Shown: positions 1 through 9,582 of the stretch, piece after piece | How the letters are laid out: each line of letters begins with the position of its first letter | Numbering within the stretch: position 1 is the stretch's first letter | Assembly (NCBI GenBank): GCA_002433895.1 | Contig: DJJA01000003.1 | Span: 107,185-171,184 of the forward strand | Reading direction: 5' to 3' | Source of the DNA: Candidatus Gottesmanbacteria bacterium UBA6580 | GTDB taxonomy: Bacteria; Patescibacteriota; Microgenomatia; UBA10105; UBA927 | DNA: 64,000 nt | Notes under the pieces: model-generated | What the model saw: the letters and a program-made list of their open reading frames with translations, nothing else | Told to the model about the DNA's origin: nothing | The model's database searches: none | Made by a program: the position numbers and the translations under genes

Positions 1-101
1 AAATAGAAAAACAAATACGACAATAATTATTTCCCAAAACACTGAAGAGGTTCGGCGTACCTGTACACGGATGATAATTCTTTATCATGGAAAAATAGTG
101 T

Positions 102-938
102 ATGACGGAAAACCCATACAGAACAATAAAATTAACACTTATTATGCATAACAGCTCAATACGAAGAATTCGCGGTTTATATCTTCATTATCTGTATTCC
201 ATAAAGCGAAATCCTGCCCGCGTTATCGAAATGTTTGTATGGCCCGCATTTGAAATTATGCTCTTTGGTTTCCTCGCTGCAAGCGGGAAAAATATGCCGA
301 CAGAAGCGGCTGTTATTAGCGTTACTATTCTTACCGGCATTGTGTATTGGAACTGCACCGCTCGAGTCATTCAGGAGGCGGTTGCTCAGTTTACCGATGA
401 CTTTGTATCGAAAAATATACAAGGAATACTTGTGGCGCCCATAAGTATTGGAGAGTTGCTCATCGGAATTACCGCAGCATCCCTAACCAAGATAGCCATC
501 TCCCTTACAGTGCTCGGTGGCGTGCTCGTGCTTATATACCCATCGTTCTTTTCTTCGCTGGGGGCACACGCGTTGCTTTGGGTTTTTCAACTCGAACTCG
601 TGGGTGTGGCGTTTTCATACGTTGCGCTATCGGTTGTTTTCTTATTCGGCGAGCGTGTCAGTTTTTCGGGGTGGATAATAAGCACAGTCCTGCAAATTTT
701 CTCGTTGGTTTTTTATGAACGCTCGGCGCTTCCGGGCCTGTTGCATACCGTTTCCTACGCGGTGCCTTCTTCGTACATATTCGAATCGATCCGCGCTTAC
801 CAGTATGGCTCACCGTTGGTAACGAACAGCCACACAATCGCGCTTGCGTTAAGCTTCGCCTATATGATGATAGGCTTTGGCCTTGTTACAATTTCTTATA
901 ATTGGGCAAGAAAAATAGGAACAATTATCAAATCATGA
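102..938 (+). CDS. ABC-2 type exporter permease (Wzm/TagG-like), polysaccharide export
   Basis: 278-aa ORF with about 6 hydrophobic helices and a basic N-terminal segment before the first TM, as in ABC-2 permeases; ATGA start/stop overlap with the downstream glycosyltransferase; the cognate ATPase would lie upstream of the window. Confidence 0.5.
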   Translation: MTENPYRTIKLTLIMHNSSIRRIRGLYLHYLYSIKRNPARVIEMFVWPAFEIMLFGFLAASGKNMPTEAAVISVTILTGIVYWNCTARVIQEAVAQFTDDFVSKNIQGILVAPISIGELLIGITAASLTKIAISLTVLGGVLVLIYPSFFSSLGAHALLWVFQLELVGVAFSYVALSVVFLFGERVSFSGWIISTVLQIFSLVFYERSALPGLLHTVSYAVPSSYIFESIRAYQYGSPLVTNSHTIALALSFAYMMIGFGLVTISYNWARKIGTIIKS

Positions 939-2119
939 ATACCATACCGTTTGATTTTCATGTGCTTCATACGGAGAGCGTCTATTCAAGAGGAGGGGAA
1001 AAGTATCTCTATGAGTTGCTGCTCCGCATTGCCAAAACACAGCGGGTACATTTGTATTTACATGCGATAAGCCCCAAATGGAGGCGTCTGTATAAACAGG
1101 CGAATATATCAGTAACCCAACTTTGGAAACCGCCCCGGCTATTTTGGCTACTCCTTCCTCTCACCCTACTCACCAACTTTCTTCAACTAAAACAAATTTT
1201 AAAACGGGATAGCGTCGTATTTGCTACAAATTTTCCGATGAACTTTCTTGCGGTGCTTCTATCAAAACGGACCATTTGTCATTGTTTTGAACCTCTCGCG
1301 ATTTTCTACGACCCCGTTCGCGTGGCTTCCTTGTCAAAATTTTCACAGCTGTGTGTGGCTGTCGCAAAGCTGCTTTACGCGCCGCTTGATATATGGGCGT
1401 ACAACACCGCAACGATTCTTACGGCTCTCGCTCCGTCTGTTGTGCCTTATATATTAGAAACATACCGAAGAAACCCTGATATTTTCCTCCCCAATGGGGT
1501 AGACACTCGCTTTTTTTCCCCAAAACAACAAAAAAAGAAGGGCCAAATAACCGTCTTAACCATTGGGCATAGCACTGACTACACTATATTTAAGGGAACG
1601 GAAAATTTTTTAGCCATCCTTGTGTCCTTTTCGCGAGCAAATATTCCGTTCGTCGCACATATTTCCGAAAGTATCGCTGACCCTCAAATAAAAAAACAGT
1701 ATCTCTCGTACACTCAGAGACACCACATACATCATCAGGTTCGTTTTATGGGTAACATTGACGAATCTCATCTGGCAGACTATTATCGATCGCTCGATGT
1801 ATTTGTTTACACAGGATCTGTGGTAAGTGCAGGCGGATCAACGGCAAGCCTTTCGGTGTTGGAAGCACAGGCGTGTGGCACGCCCGTTATCCGGAGCATG
1901 GGTGATGATCAGGAAATATGGGAGGGGAAGACGGGGTTTTATATCAATCCACGGAACCACCGGAGGGCGAGCAAAGTAATAGAAAAATTTTTCCGTCTTT
2001 CCGCAAAAGAGAAGAGTGCGATGAGGCGTGCGGCGCGTGAATATGTATGTGCGCGGTTTAGTTGGGACTCGACCAGCAAAGTACTACTGGAAACGGCGAA
2101 AAATCTATATACTCTATGA
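935..2119 (+). CDS. glycosyltransferase family 4 (GT-B, group 1)
   Basis: C-terminal motif EAQACGTPVIRSMGDDQEIWEGKTGFYINP matches the GT1/GT4 E-x7-E nucleotide-sugar binding region; ATG at 935 overlaps the upstream stop (ATGA), so this is the preferred start over 902. Confidence 0.7.
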   Translation: MNTIPFDFHVLHTESVYSRGGEKYLYELLLRIAKTQRVHLYLHAISPKWRRLYKQANISVTQLWKPPRLFWLLLPLTLLTNFLQLKQILKRDSVVFATNFPMNFLAVLLSKRTICHCFEPLAIFYDPVRVASLSKFSQLCVAVAKLLYAPLDIWAYNTATILTALAPSVVPYILETYRRNPDIFLPNGVDTRFFSPKQQKKKGQITVLTIGHSTDYTIFKGTENFLAILVSFSRANIPFVAHISESIADPQIKKQYLSYTQRHHIHHQVRFMGNIDESHLADYYRSLDVFVYTGSVVSAGGSTASLSVLEAQACGTPVIRSMGDDQEIWEGKTGFYINPRNHRRASKVIEKFFRLSAKEKSAMRRAAREYVCARFSWDSTSKVLLETAKNLYTL

Positions 2120-2904
2120 AAATTAACAAATCACTACCCCAGACTTTTTCTTTAACCGCGCCTTTTTACGATCTTATCTATCAACACAGGAATGTCGGTA
2201 AAGAGGTTCGCTTCATCATAAAACACATACACCAACGCCTTCCTCATACCCAAAGACTTTCGCTTTTGGATATAGGGTCGGGAACGGGAACGCACGCAAT
2301 TTTATTCGGAAAACAAGGCTTTGACGTAACAGGGGTAGACCGGTCAGCAGAAATGGTTACCATAGCCAACCATAAATCACTATCCCAAAAAGCCGGGGCC
2401 CGCTTCATACACAAAGATTTTTTAACATTTACATCTTCCACGAAGTACCACGTGGTTGCCTCGTTATTTGACGTCGTCAGCTACATGACAACAAACAATG
2501 ATGTACGCTCCTTTTTTACTAACGCATCGACTTTATTACAGAATAATGGTTTATTGATATTTGACTGCTGGTACGGCCCGGGAGTCTTGCTTTCGCGCCC
2601 AAAAGTAATGCATCAGCGCTACCGCAATGAAAAATTTACCGTGCATAGGAAAAAAACACCCACTATTTCTTACCAAACAAACACTGTTTCAGTTCTTCAT
2701 CAACTTACCGTGCTTGATAAGCTTCGTGAGCGCAAATCGTTTAAAGAAACACACGTTATGCGGTACTTTTTTTATCCTGAGCTGGAAGGCTATCTGCAGC
2801 TTGCGGGTCTAAAAATTATTGAGTGGGGGGTCATCGGCTTTCCGCTCAGGGTTCCTAAAAACCCCCCGTGGAGTATCTATATTGTCGCACAAAAAACGCG
2901 TTAA
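2116..2904 (+). CDS. class I SAM-dependent methyltransferase
   Basis: Motif I LLDIGSGTGTHAILFGKQGFDVTGVDRS (GxGxG Rossmann fold, acidic residue at the end of beta-2); start ATG at 2116 overlaps the upstream TGA. Confidence 0.7.
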   Translation: MKINKSLPQTFSLTAPFYDLIYQHRNVGKEVRFIIKHIHQRLPHTQRLSLLDIGSGTGTHAILFGKQGFDVTGVDRSAEMVTIANHKSLSQKAGARFIHKDFLTFTSSTKYHVVASLFDVVSYMTTNNDVRSFFTNASTLLQNNGLLIFDCWYGPGVLLSRPKVMHQRYRNEKFTVHRKKTPTISYQTNTVSVLHQLTVLDKLRERKSFKETHVMRYFFYPELEGYLQLAGLKIIEWGVIGFPLRVPKNPPWSIYIVAQKTR

Positions 2905-3722
2905 CGGTCTGGAGACACCGACATAATATTTATTTCCACGGCGGTGCCTGCGAACTGAATCCGTGTTTTGTTACCAACACTAATAGGTTGGTAATAATTA
3001 AAATACCGCGAGTCTCCATCTTTCATAACCCGCATCTTCATTGTAAGCGTCACGTCACGAAGCAGCGGATTTTTCCTCGAAAGCGCCTCTCCTTGCCAGG
3101 TGGTGGTCATGACATCTGACAACTCGGTCTTCTTGTTGGTTATCTCCACCACGAGGTCTCCCTTGTTGTCGGTGATTTTTTCTCCGACCTGTATGATGTC
3201 TGCTTCCCAGGGATGAATTTGTATTGCTTTGCCGGTTACTTCCACATATTCGGTATTCCACATGGTGCCAACACCATCTATCCCAACGATTTGCCCAACC
3301 AGAGCAACGTTGTTTGGCGCGATATGAAGAACTTTCCCGATTTGCAAAGATTCCTGGCGAAAAATAAACTGCCTTGTTAGATAATTTCGTTTCGCACGAA
3401 GACGCACCTTCATCCACATAAAGCGCCGGTCGTCTTCACCATATTTAACAACATCAAGAACTTCAACCGCTGGCTTGTTCAGTGCGTCGTATTCGATTGA
3501 TCCTGCAACAACGTCTCTCGCGTTCCAATAATAAGGAGGGGGGACGCCCCACCACCACTCTCCGCCGGAAGCCAACAGCTCAACGGTGACAAGTGTGTCT
3601 TTTTGCATAACTAGCTTTACCACAACACCAATAGAAGCAAGAATAGTTATCACACAAACAATCACAACAATGTCAATGCGGGTAATAAATGAAGAGGGTT
3701 TTTTGCTTGCTGCCGATTTCAT
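2901..3722 (-). CDS. hypothetical membrane-anchored protein (N-terminal TM, extracytoplasmic domain)
   Basis: 273-aa ORF; basic N-terminus then one hydrophobic helix (IDIVVIVCVITILASIGVVV), the rest soluble; no motif recognised. Confidence 0.4.
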   Translation of the reverse strand: MKSAASKKPSSFITRIDIVVIVCVITILASIGVVVKLVMQKDTLVTVELLASGGEWWWGVPPPYYWNARDVVAGSIEYDALNKPAVEVLDVVKYGEDDRRFMWMKVRLRAKRNYLTRQFIFRQESLQIGKVLHIAPNNVALVGQIVGIDGVGTMWNTEYVEVTGKAIQIHPWEADIIQVGEKITDNKGDLVVEITNKKTELSDVMTTTWQGEALSRKNPLLRDVTLTMKMRVMKDGDSRYFNYYQPISVGNKTRIQFAGTAVEINIMSVSPDR

Positions 3723-3786
3723 GTGGTAGAGTGTAACACAACAATAGACGGCGTGTCATCGTGTGTATCAACTACACCAGGAAAGG

Positions 3787-5805
3787 CTAATAAAGCGCGT
3801 CATAAAAATCTCCGGGTGGCAACAATTCTTTATTCATAAAATCTATGCACTGTTTTCTCGCGGACTTATACGCCACACACCTTTGTAAAACCTCTTGTGC
3901 GCCGGCGTCGTCATGCATGCCATGTTGATACAACCGTGCGATTTCAACATGTATCGCTCCAAAGTCAGGTAAGACTTCTTTTGCCAATGTCCACAGTGAC
4001 AATGTTAGGTGTGGGTTGTTTTGCCAATGATATAACCCAGCAACATATAATAACGAGAGATATCTCTCTCGTAGTCTCGGTCGTTCGCGTCCATAATAGT
4101 GCCGAACAGACTCACCGATTTCTCGAGTGTAGGGGTGCAATGCGGTAATCTGATTATCTAAGTGTTTTGGTAGGGCGCGGCGCAACAATGACAAAACCCC
4201 TTTTCCTGACCGGTCAGTATCTAACGAGGCTAAATATGACAAATATTGTGTTACATATTCTATGTTTTGTGGATCAGCAAAAACTGTTTCTTTACTATAA
4301 TACCCATATGCTTCGTAATCTCCTTTGTCTTTCTTTTCTTTGCTTACCTCATAAAGCACCCTGGGAGTTTTTTTATGAAACACGCGAACAAGCCTTTCAC
4401 CAAGCGGGTGTTTGTTTTGCACGGCGCCACCCACATAAATAAGCGCTTGTGTTGTATCAAATGGGGCCAAAAAAAATGCCGCGTCGTATCGTTTCATAAA
4501 TATCCCAACACTGTTTCCTGCCACCCAAAACAAGTAATAAACACTAATAGCCACAACAGCAAGTCCGGCGCTATTATCATGCCGCCCGGCTCTTGCTTCT
4601 TTTATTGAACCAGTGATAAAACCTGTTACCGCCCAAAACAATAACCACACAACAAAATAATCAAGCACAAACTCAAAACAACTATAGATAAAAACGAGAA
4701 CAACCCCCCAAAGCAGCGATCTTCGTGTGGGGTTGCTGTACAAAAGAGTCTTGTGCCTATACCAAAAGCGGGCATGGGAAAATATTAAAAAACCAAACGC
4801 GGCAACCCCAACAAGCCCCATCTCAGCCAACACTTGAAGTGGTTGGCTGTGCGCGAACCAGGAAGACGAAAGAGGGGTGCGCTGGTGACGAAGCGATACA
4901 AGAGAAAATGTGCCGGGGCCATTGCCTAATATCGGGGAGTCAATAAAACCGTCAATTGCTTGTTGCCAATACATGATCCGAACATCCAAAGACCTCGGAC
5001 GGGTATAGAGCTCTTTGGTAGGGGCGTTTCCTCGCGAAGCAACACCTACGTAGCCCACGTAAAAAATGCCGACCGTGCCCAATAATACAATAATATGAAA
5101 GGCTTTTTTATAAAGCCCGGTTTTATAAACCGAACGAAACACAAAAAGCGCATAAAACAACACAATGAGCCATGCCGCCCGCGCCATGGTGGAAAAAAGC
5201 ATAAGAAGATAAAGAATTAATCCGCCCCAACCTGGCTTGGCGCACGCAGAAAACATCTCTAAAAGCACCAATGGAAAAACAAATACAAGAAGATCGGCCA
5301 GATGACTGTGTCCAAAATTTGCGCTCAACAGGTTCATTGAAGGTATAACCGCACGAACGCCGGGGAAAATATGATAACCCAACGACAAGGCGCCGGCAGC
5401 ATAAACCAAAGCCAAAAGACAACGGGAAAAAAATCTCTCGTTTGCGGTGGGAGCCACATCAACAAACAGCCTATACACGACGTACCCGGACAACAACCGC
5501 ACTATCCACGAAAACGAATACCCAACACTAATAGACGTGACCATTGAAATTATGGCCACCACAATAAGCAGTGCCCACGAATAAAATATTTGCCGTGGGA
5601 GGGGGGCGGGCTTGGATTTATTATATATAACACGAAACGCCCACAATATAAGCGTTGCTGCGACGCCGTACACCTCCACGAGGCCCTGTTTTCCGTCGCC
5701 CAGAAGTAACCCTAAAAAAACTAAGAAAAAAAACAGTGCGGCTATCAACTCAGACCTCTGCGCTGTGCTAACTCGCGTCAAAACACGATGAAACAATAGC
5801 TTCAT
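3787..5805 (-). CDS. O-antigen ligase-like (Wzy_C family) polytopic membrane protein with C-terminal soluble helical-repeat domain
   Basis: 672 aa; about 12 hydrophobic helices in the N-terminal 420 aa, then a helical C-terminal domain; architecture typical of O-antigen-ligase-domain proteins in small-genome bacteria. Confidence 0.45.
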   Translation of the reverse strand: MKLLFHRVLTRVSTAQRSELIAALFFFLVFLGLLLGDGKQGLVEVYGVAATLILWAFRVIYNKSKPAPLPRQIFYSWALLIVVAIISMVTSISVGYSFSWIVRLLSGYVVYRLFVDVAPTANERFFSRCLLALVYAAGALSLGYHIFPGVRAVIPSMNLLSANFGHSHLADLLVFVFPLVLLEMFSACAKPGWGGLILYLLMLFSTMARAAWLIVLFYALFVFRSVYKTGLYKKAFHIIVLLGTVGIFYVGYVGVASRGNAPTKELYTRPRSLDVRIMYWQQAIDGFIDSPILGNGPGTFSLVSLRHQRTPLSSSWFAHSQPLQVLAEMGLVGVAAFGFLIFSHARFWYRHKTLLYSNPTRRSLLWGVVLVFIYSCFEFVLDYFVVWLLFWAVTGFITGSIKEARAGRHDNSAGLAVVAISVYYLFWVAGNSVGIFMKRYDAAFFLAPFDTTQALIYVGGAVQNKHPLGERLVRVFHKKTPRVLYEVSKEKKDKGDYEAYGYYSKETVFADPQNIEYVTQYLSYLASLDTDRSGKGVLSLLRRALPKHLDNQITALHPYTREIGESVRHYYGRERPRLRERYLSLLYVAGLYHWQNNPHLTLSLWTLAKEVLPDFGAIHVEIARLYQHGMHDDAGAQEVLQRCVAYKSARKQCIDFMNKELLPPGDFYDALY

Positions 5806-5915
5806 TTACTTCACTATAGCACACAAAACACAGCCGCCTCGACCGCTTGACAAGCTGAGGCTGGTTGTTTAGTATGTGGACAACTTATCCACAGACTGCT
5901 CTTTACCTCATAAAT

Positions 5916-7283
5916 ATGGATTTAAATCGACTATGGAAATCGGTGTTGGCAGAAATTGAGCTTTCCGTCTCAAAGGCCACGTATCACACACACTTCGCCC
6001 ACTCAGAGCTTATCAGTCTTGATGGGGAGGTTGCTTCTGTTGGGTTTCCCAGCCCGATAATGCGCACGCTTGCGGAAACACGGTATTACAGCTTAATTAA
6101 AAGTGTTATTGACCACAAAACAGGAGGAAACACCAGTTTGGTGTTTATGGTGTTACCAAAGAAAGAAACAGGGGGAGGGGACCCCGGACCGCTCTTTACC
6201 CAAACCATAGACACCGAACTAAACACACTAAACCGCGCGAGAAAACTACACATCAATCCTGACCTTACGTTTGATAATTATGCGGTATCCACCACAAACC
6301 AACTTGCCTACGCCGCGGCAACGGCGGTTTCAAAAACCATAGGGAGCGCGTACAATCCATTGTTTTTATACGGCGGGGTTGGGGTTGGAAAAACCCACCT
6401 TATGTATGCGATAGCTAACCACCTGCTTGTCGCTAAACCATCCCTAAAGGTTGTTTACTGCATGGGAGAGGAGTTTTTAAACGAGATTATTGAAGCAATC
6501 CAGACAAAAACAGCGCGTCAATTCAAACAAAAATATAGAGGGGCCGAGCTTCTCATGGTTGACGATGTACAGTTTATCGCCGGCAAACAAACTGCCCAAG
6601 AGGAGTTTTTCCACACGTTTAACGCGGTGTTGCGGGAAGGGGGACAAATACTTCTCACGAGCGATCGGCCGCCCCACGAGATAGCCAGACTTGAAGACCG
6701 GTTGCGGAGCAGGTTTGAGGGTGGGTTAATCGTAGACATTTCTCCACCCGATTTTGAACTTCGCGCGGCTATAGTAAACATAAAAGCAAAAGCGCTTGGA
6801 TTAACCATACCCAGCGACTGCGCGCAGCTGGTTGCAGCAAACGTTGTCGACGCGCGGGCGATAGAAGGGTTTTTACGGAGATTAACGACTGAGCTTGCCA
6901 CGAAACCACAACCAATTACACCAGACCTAATCTCTTCACTTCTTAACACAAAAGTAACCATAAACAATCAGGGTAAAAACGCTCGGCGGGTAACTCCACA
7001 AGAGCTATTGGAGGCGGTTGCAGCGTACTACGACATAAAACCAACACTTCTTAAAGGAGCAAAAAGGGACCGCCCGATCGCAAGACCCAGACAGGTATAT
7101 ATGTACTTATCAAAAATAGAGCTTGGTATGACCTACGATGACATAGGCGGGACACTCAGTGGCAGAGACCACACCACCGTTATGCACGGGGTAGAGACTA
7201 TTACCCAGGAACTGTCCACTAATGAGTCTTTGCGCGCCGCGTTAACGGGGATAAAACAAAAGCTATGGGCCCCCTCATCATGA
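5916..7283 (+). CDS. dnaA: chromosomal replication initiator DnaA
   Basis: Walker A GGVGVGKTHL; Walker B LLMVDDVQF; sensor and box motifs (LTSDRPPHEI, RLRSRFEGGL); C-terminal DNA-binding helix GGTLSGRDHTTVMHG. Start at MDLNRLWKS (5916) is preferred over 5865 because two inverted DnaA boxes (5872-5889) lie just upstream. Confidence 0.95.
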   Translation: MDLNRLWKSVLAEIELSVSKATYHTHFAHSELISLDGEVASVGFPSPIMRTLAETRYYSLIKSVIDHKTGGNTSLVFMVLPKKETGGGDPGPLFTQTIDTELNTLNRARKLHINPDLTFDNYAVSTTNQLAYAAATAVSKTIGSAYNPLFLYGGVGVGKTHLMYAIANHLLVAKPSLKVVYCMGEEFLNEIIEAIQTKTARQFKQKYRGAELLMVDDVQFIAGKQTAQEEFFHTFNAVLREGGQILLTSDRPPHEIARLEDRLRSRFEGGLIVDISPPDFELRAAIVNIKAKALGLTIPSDCAQLVAANVVDARAIEGFLRRLTTELATKPQPITPDLISSLLNTKVTINNQGKNARRVTPQELLEAVAAYYDIKPTLLKGAKRDRPIARPRQVYMYLSKIELGMTYDDIGGTLSGRDHTTVMHGVETITQELSTNESLRAALTGIKQKLWAPSS

Positions 7284-7464
7284 TGTTTCCCACTTATCCA
7301 CATTTATCCGTAAATTATCCACATAGTATTCCACTTTTCCGCGCTCGTTTTCTTCCTAGTTATCCTCATTTTGTTTTATCGGTTTGTCTTGTTGTTGACA
7401 CACAAACTGAAAAAACATACACTTTTCCACGCGTAATTCTTATTACTACTTCTTTTATATCTAT
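7284..7464. promoter_or_regulatory. oriC: DnaA-box cluster plus AT-rich unwinding element between dnaA and dnaN
   Basis: TTATCCACA at 7294-7302 and 7315-7323, TTATCCGTA at 7304-7312, TTATCCTCA near 7349-7357; followed by an AT-rich tract 7370-7464 ending at the dnaN start. Confidence 0.75.
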
Positions 7465-8571
7465 ATGAATATTAAACTCCTTCAAGAAAACATACTGCGG
7501 GCATTAACACATATAACCCGCGTTGTACCGTCAAAGCCCCAACTTCCTATTCTTCAAAATCTGAAGCTTACCGCGACAAAAGAAGGGCTGGAAATTACCG
7601 CAACAAACATGGAAACCACCGAAACCATTTGGGTGGGGGGGAAGGTTGAGAAAGAGGGGTCTGTTTGTGTTTCTGCAAGGGTTCTTTTTGAATTTATTGC
7701 CTCGCTTCCCGCCGACACGGTTCACCTGTCTGTTAAGGAAGAGCAGCTAAGCGTGTCAAGCGGAGGGTTTGAAGCAGAGTTGCCCACCGTATCAGCCACA
7801 GAGTTTCCCTCGTCTCCGGCGTTATTACCTAAAGAAACAGGAAGCGTTGACAAGGAAATGTTTACGAACGCTCTTTCAAGCGTGTTGTTTGCAGCCGCCA
7901 CTGATGAGGGAAGGCCGATGCTTACGGGGGTGAAAGTAATAGAAGAAGACGGAAAAACCACATTTGTCGCAACAGACGGATACAGGCTTTCATTACACAA
8001 AGTGCCGCTTCTAATTAATAAGCTTTCCGGGGCAATAATTCCGGCGAAGGCACTTGCGGAAGTTGTAAAGCTTTCCGGCGAAGACAAGGCGGAAAAGATG
8101 ATACAGGTTGGCCTTGCGGGAGAGCGTCAGGCAGGATTTGTTGTCGGAGAAACAACACTATTGACGAGGTTGCTCGATGGCGAGTATCCCGGGTTTGAAC
8201 GGATTATTCCAAAAACGTTTACCACCCGCGCGCTTATAGAAAAAGAGGGGTTGTTGCGTGCCGTTCGTTCAGCGGCGATTTTTGCCAGAGACAACGCAAA
8301 CATTATTAAATTATCGCTGGATAAACAAAAAATCATCGTCTCTGCTAACGCCGCGCAGGTGGGGAAAAACTCGGTGGAGTTGAGCGCGAAAATTGACGGC
8401 GACGGCGGGGAAATTGCGTTTAATAGCCGGTTTCTTTTAGATTTTTTGACGAATTTTCCTGATGAGGAGTTTTTGTTTGAAATGACAGGCTCGCTAAATT
8501 CTGGGGTTTTTAAACCAGTGAAGCATGATGACTATCTTCACATAATCATGCCTGTCCGGGTTACACCATAG
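7465..8571 (+). CDS. dnaN: DNA polymerase III beta subunit (sliding clamp)
   Basis: 368 aa, typical N-terminus MNIKLLQENILRALTHITRVV, three-domain length, immediately downstream of dnaA and oriC. Confidence 0.92.
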   Translation: MNIKLLQENILRALTHITRVVPSKPQLPILQNLKLTATKEGLEITATNMETTETIWVGGKVEKEGSVCVSARVLFEFIASLPADTVHLSVKEEQLSVSSGGFEAELPTVSATEFPSSPALLPKETGSVDKEMFTNALSSVLFAAATDEGRPMLTGVKVIEEDGKTTFVATDGYRLSLHKVPLLINKLSGAIIPAKALAEVVKLSGEDKAEKMIQVGLAGERQAGFVVGETTLLTRLLDGEYPGFERIIPKTFTTRALIEKEGLLRAVRSAAIFARDNANIIKLSLDKQKIIVSANAAQVGKNSVELSAKIDGDGGEIAFNSRFLLDFLTNFPDEEFLFEMTGSLNSGVFKPVKHDDYLHIIMPVRVTP

Positions 8572-8582
8572 TGGTTTTTTTG

Positions 8583-9581
8583 TTACAACGCGGAGACGAT
8601 TGTGGTGGTGCGGAGCAACGCCGACCCCTCTGTTTCTTCTGCAGACCCCTCAAAGACAAAGACTGGGATAAGATAGTTCTGGAGCGCAGAATAGAAGTAT
8701 CCAAGTGAAACATCGGTAATTTTGATAGCGCTTGGGGCCTCTCCCGTCATAAACTTCTGGTCACCCTGTTTTGTTAAAGAGACGCTGGAAAGCACCCCTC
8801 TGTTTGCCCGCAAGCGGGACACGGCTTCACTATAGGGGACAATCGCGAGGTTTTGTTCAGTGCGTGACACATCTGGTAGTATAAAACCGAGAATTTCGGT
8901 GATGGCGCCGTCACCGTTGATGCTTGCCGAAAAAACGGGCGTGTTTGCGTCGTTTACGTAGAGAGGAATACCATCGAGCGTAACGGTATAGTTTAGACGC
9001 GTAATAACTGCCCCTTGGGGACCGGTTAATTCGGTTGGGTGGGGATCATTAAAAGACAAAAACTGTTGGCTGAGTAGCGTTGTCGTGTAAGGAGCGGGAA
9101 GCACAGAGAGCTCAGTAAGCGCGCTTTGTACTAGTGAGGAGTATGTGTTGAGATCGTTTGAAACAAACCTTCCCGACGTGCTCGCTATCTGAAACGCGAA
9201 AGAAAGCGGGTTTTCAGAGATCAGTCCTGACCTCCCGTTCTGCGAAAAACTTGCATATCTCCCTTTTGATCCGGCTATAACGTTGGGGATAGCGCTGGGA
9301 GCGTAAAGCGCAAACAAACGGGAGCGCTCAGATTCAAAGCTTCTTACGCGGGTTATTTCGTAATATGGCACGCTCGTGGGGAACGTTGCCTCTATGTCTC
9401 CGGAGTAGGTGATAAAGCCACTTGAGAGCGGCTGTGGCATAACCGATGGATTAATGGGTGAAGGGGTAATAAGTTGTGTTTGTCGGCCGCCTTGGGGCAC
9501 CGGAGATCTTTGTATGACTAGCGCCCCGATAAGTAGGAGAAGAAAAACAGTAAGCCCGATAATAATACGTTTTTTATTCAT
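8583..9581 (-). CDS. secreted / membrane-anchored hypothetical protein, last gene of the T4SS-like operon
   Basis: Likely start MNKKRIIIGLTVFLLLLIGALV (signal/anchor) at 9581, directly abutting the stop of the upstream M23 gene (9583); Ser/Thr-rich, beta-rich; no motif recognised. Confidence 0.45.
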   Translation of the reverse strand: MNKKRIIIGLTVFLLLLIGALVIQRSPVPQGGRQTQLITPSPINPSVMPQPLSSGFITYSGDIEATFPTSVPYYEITRVRSFESERSRLFALYAPSAIPNVIAGSKGRYASFSQNGRSGLISENPLSFAFQIASTSGRFVSNDLNTYSSLVQSALTELSVLPAPYTTTLLSQQFLSFNDPHPTELTGPQGAVITRLNYTVTLDGIPLYVNDANTPVFSASINGDGAITEILGFILPDVSRTEQNLAIVPYSEAVSRLRANRGVLSSVSLTKQGDQKFMTGEAPSAIKITDVSLGYFYSALQNYLIPVFVFEGSAEETEGSALLRTTTIVSAL

Positions 9582-9582
9582 A

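Noticed and set aside
6518-6967. 149-aa minus-strand ORF inside dnaA
   Set aside because: Fully embedded antisense in the highly conserved dnaA AAA+ region; spurious.
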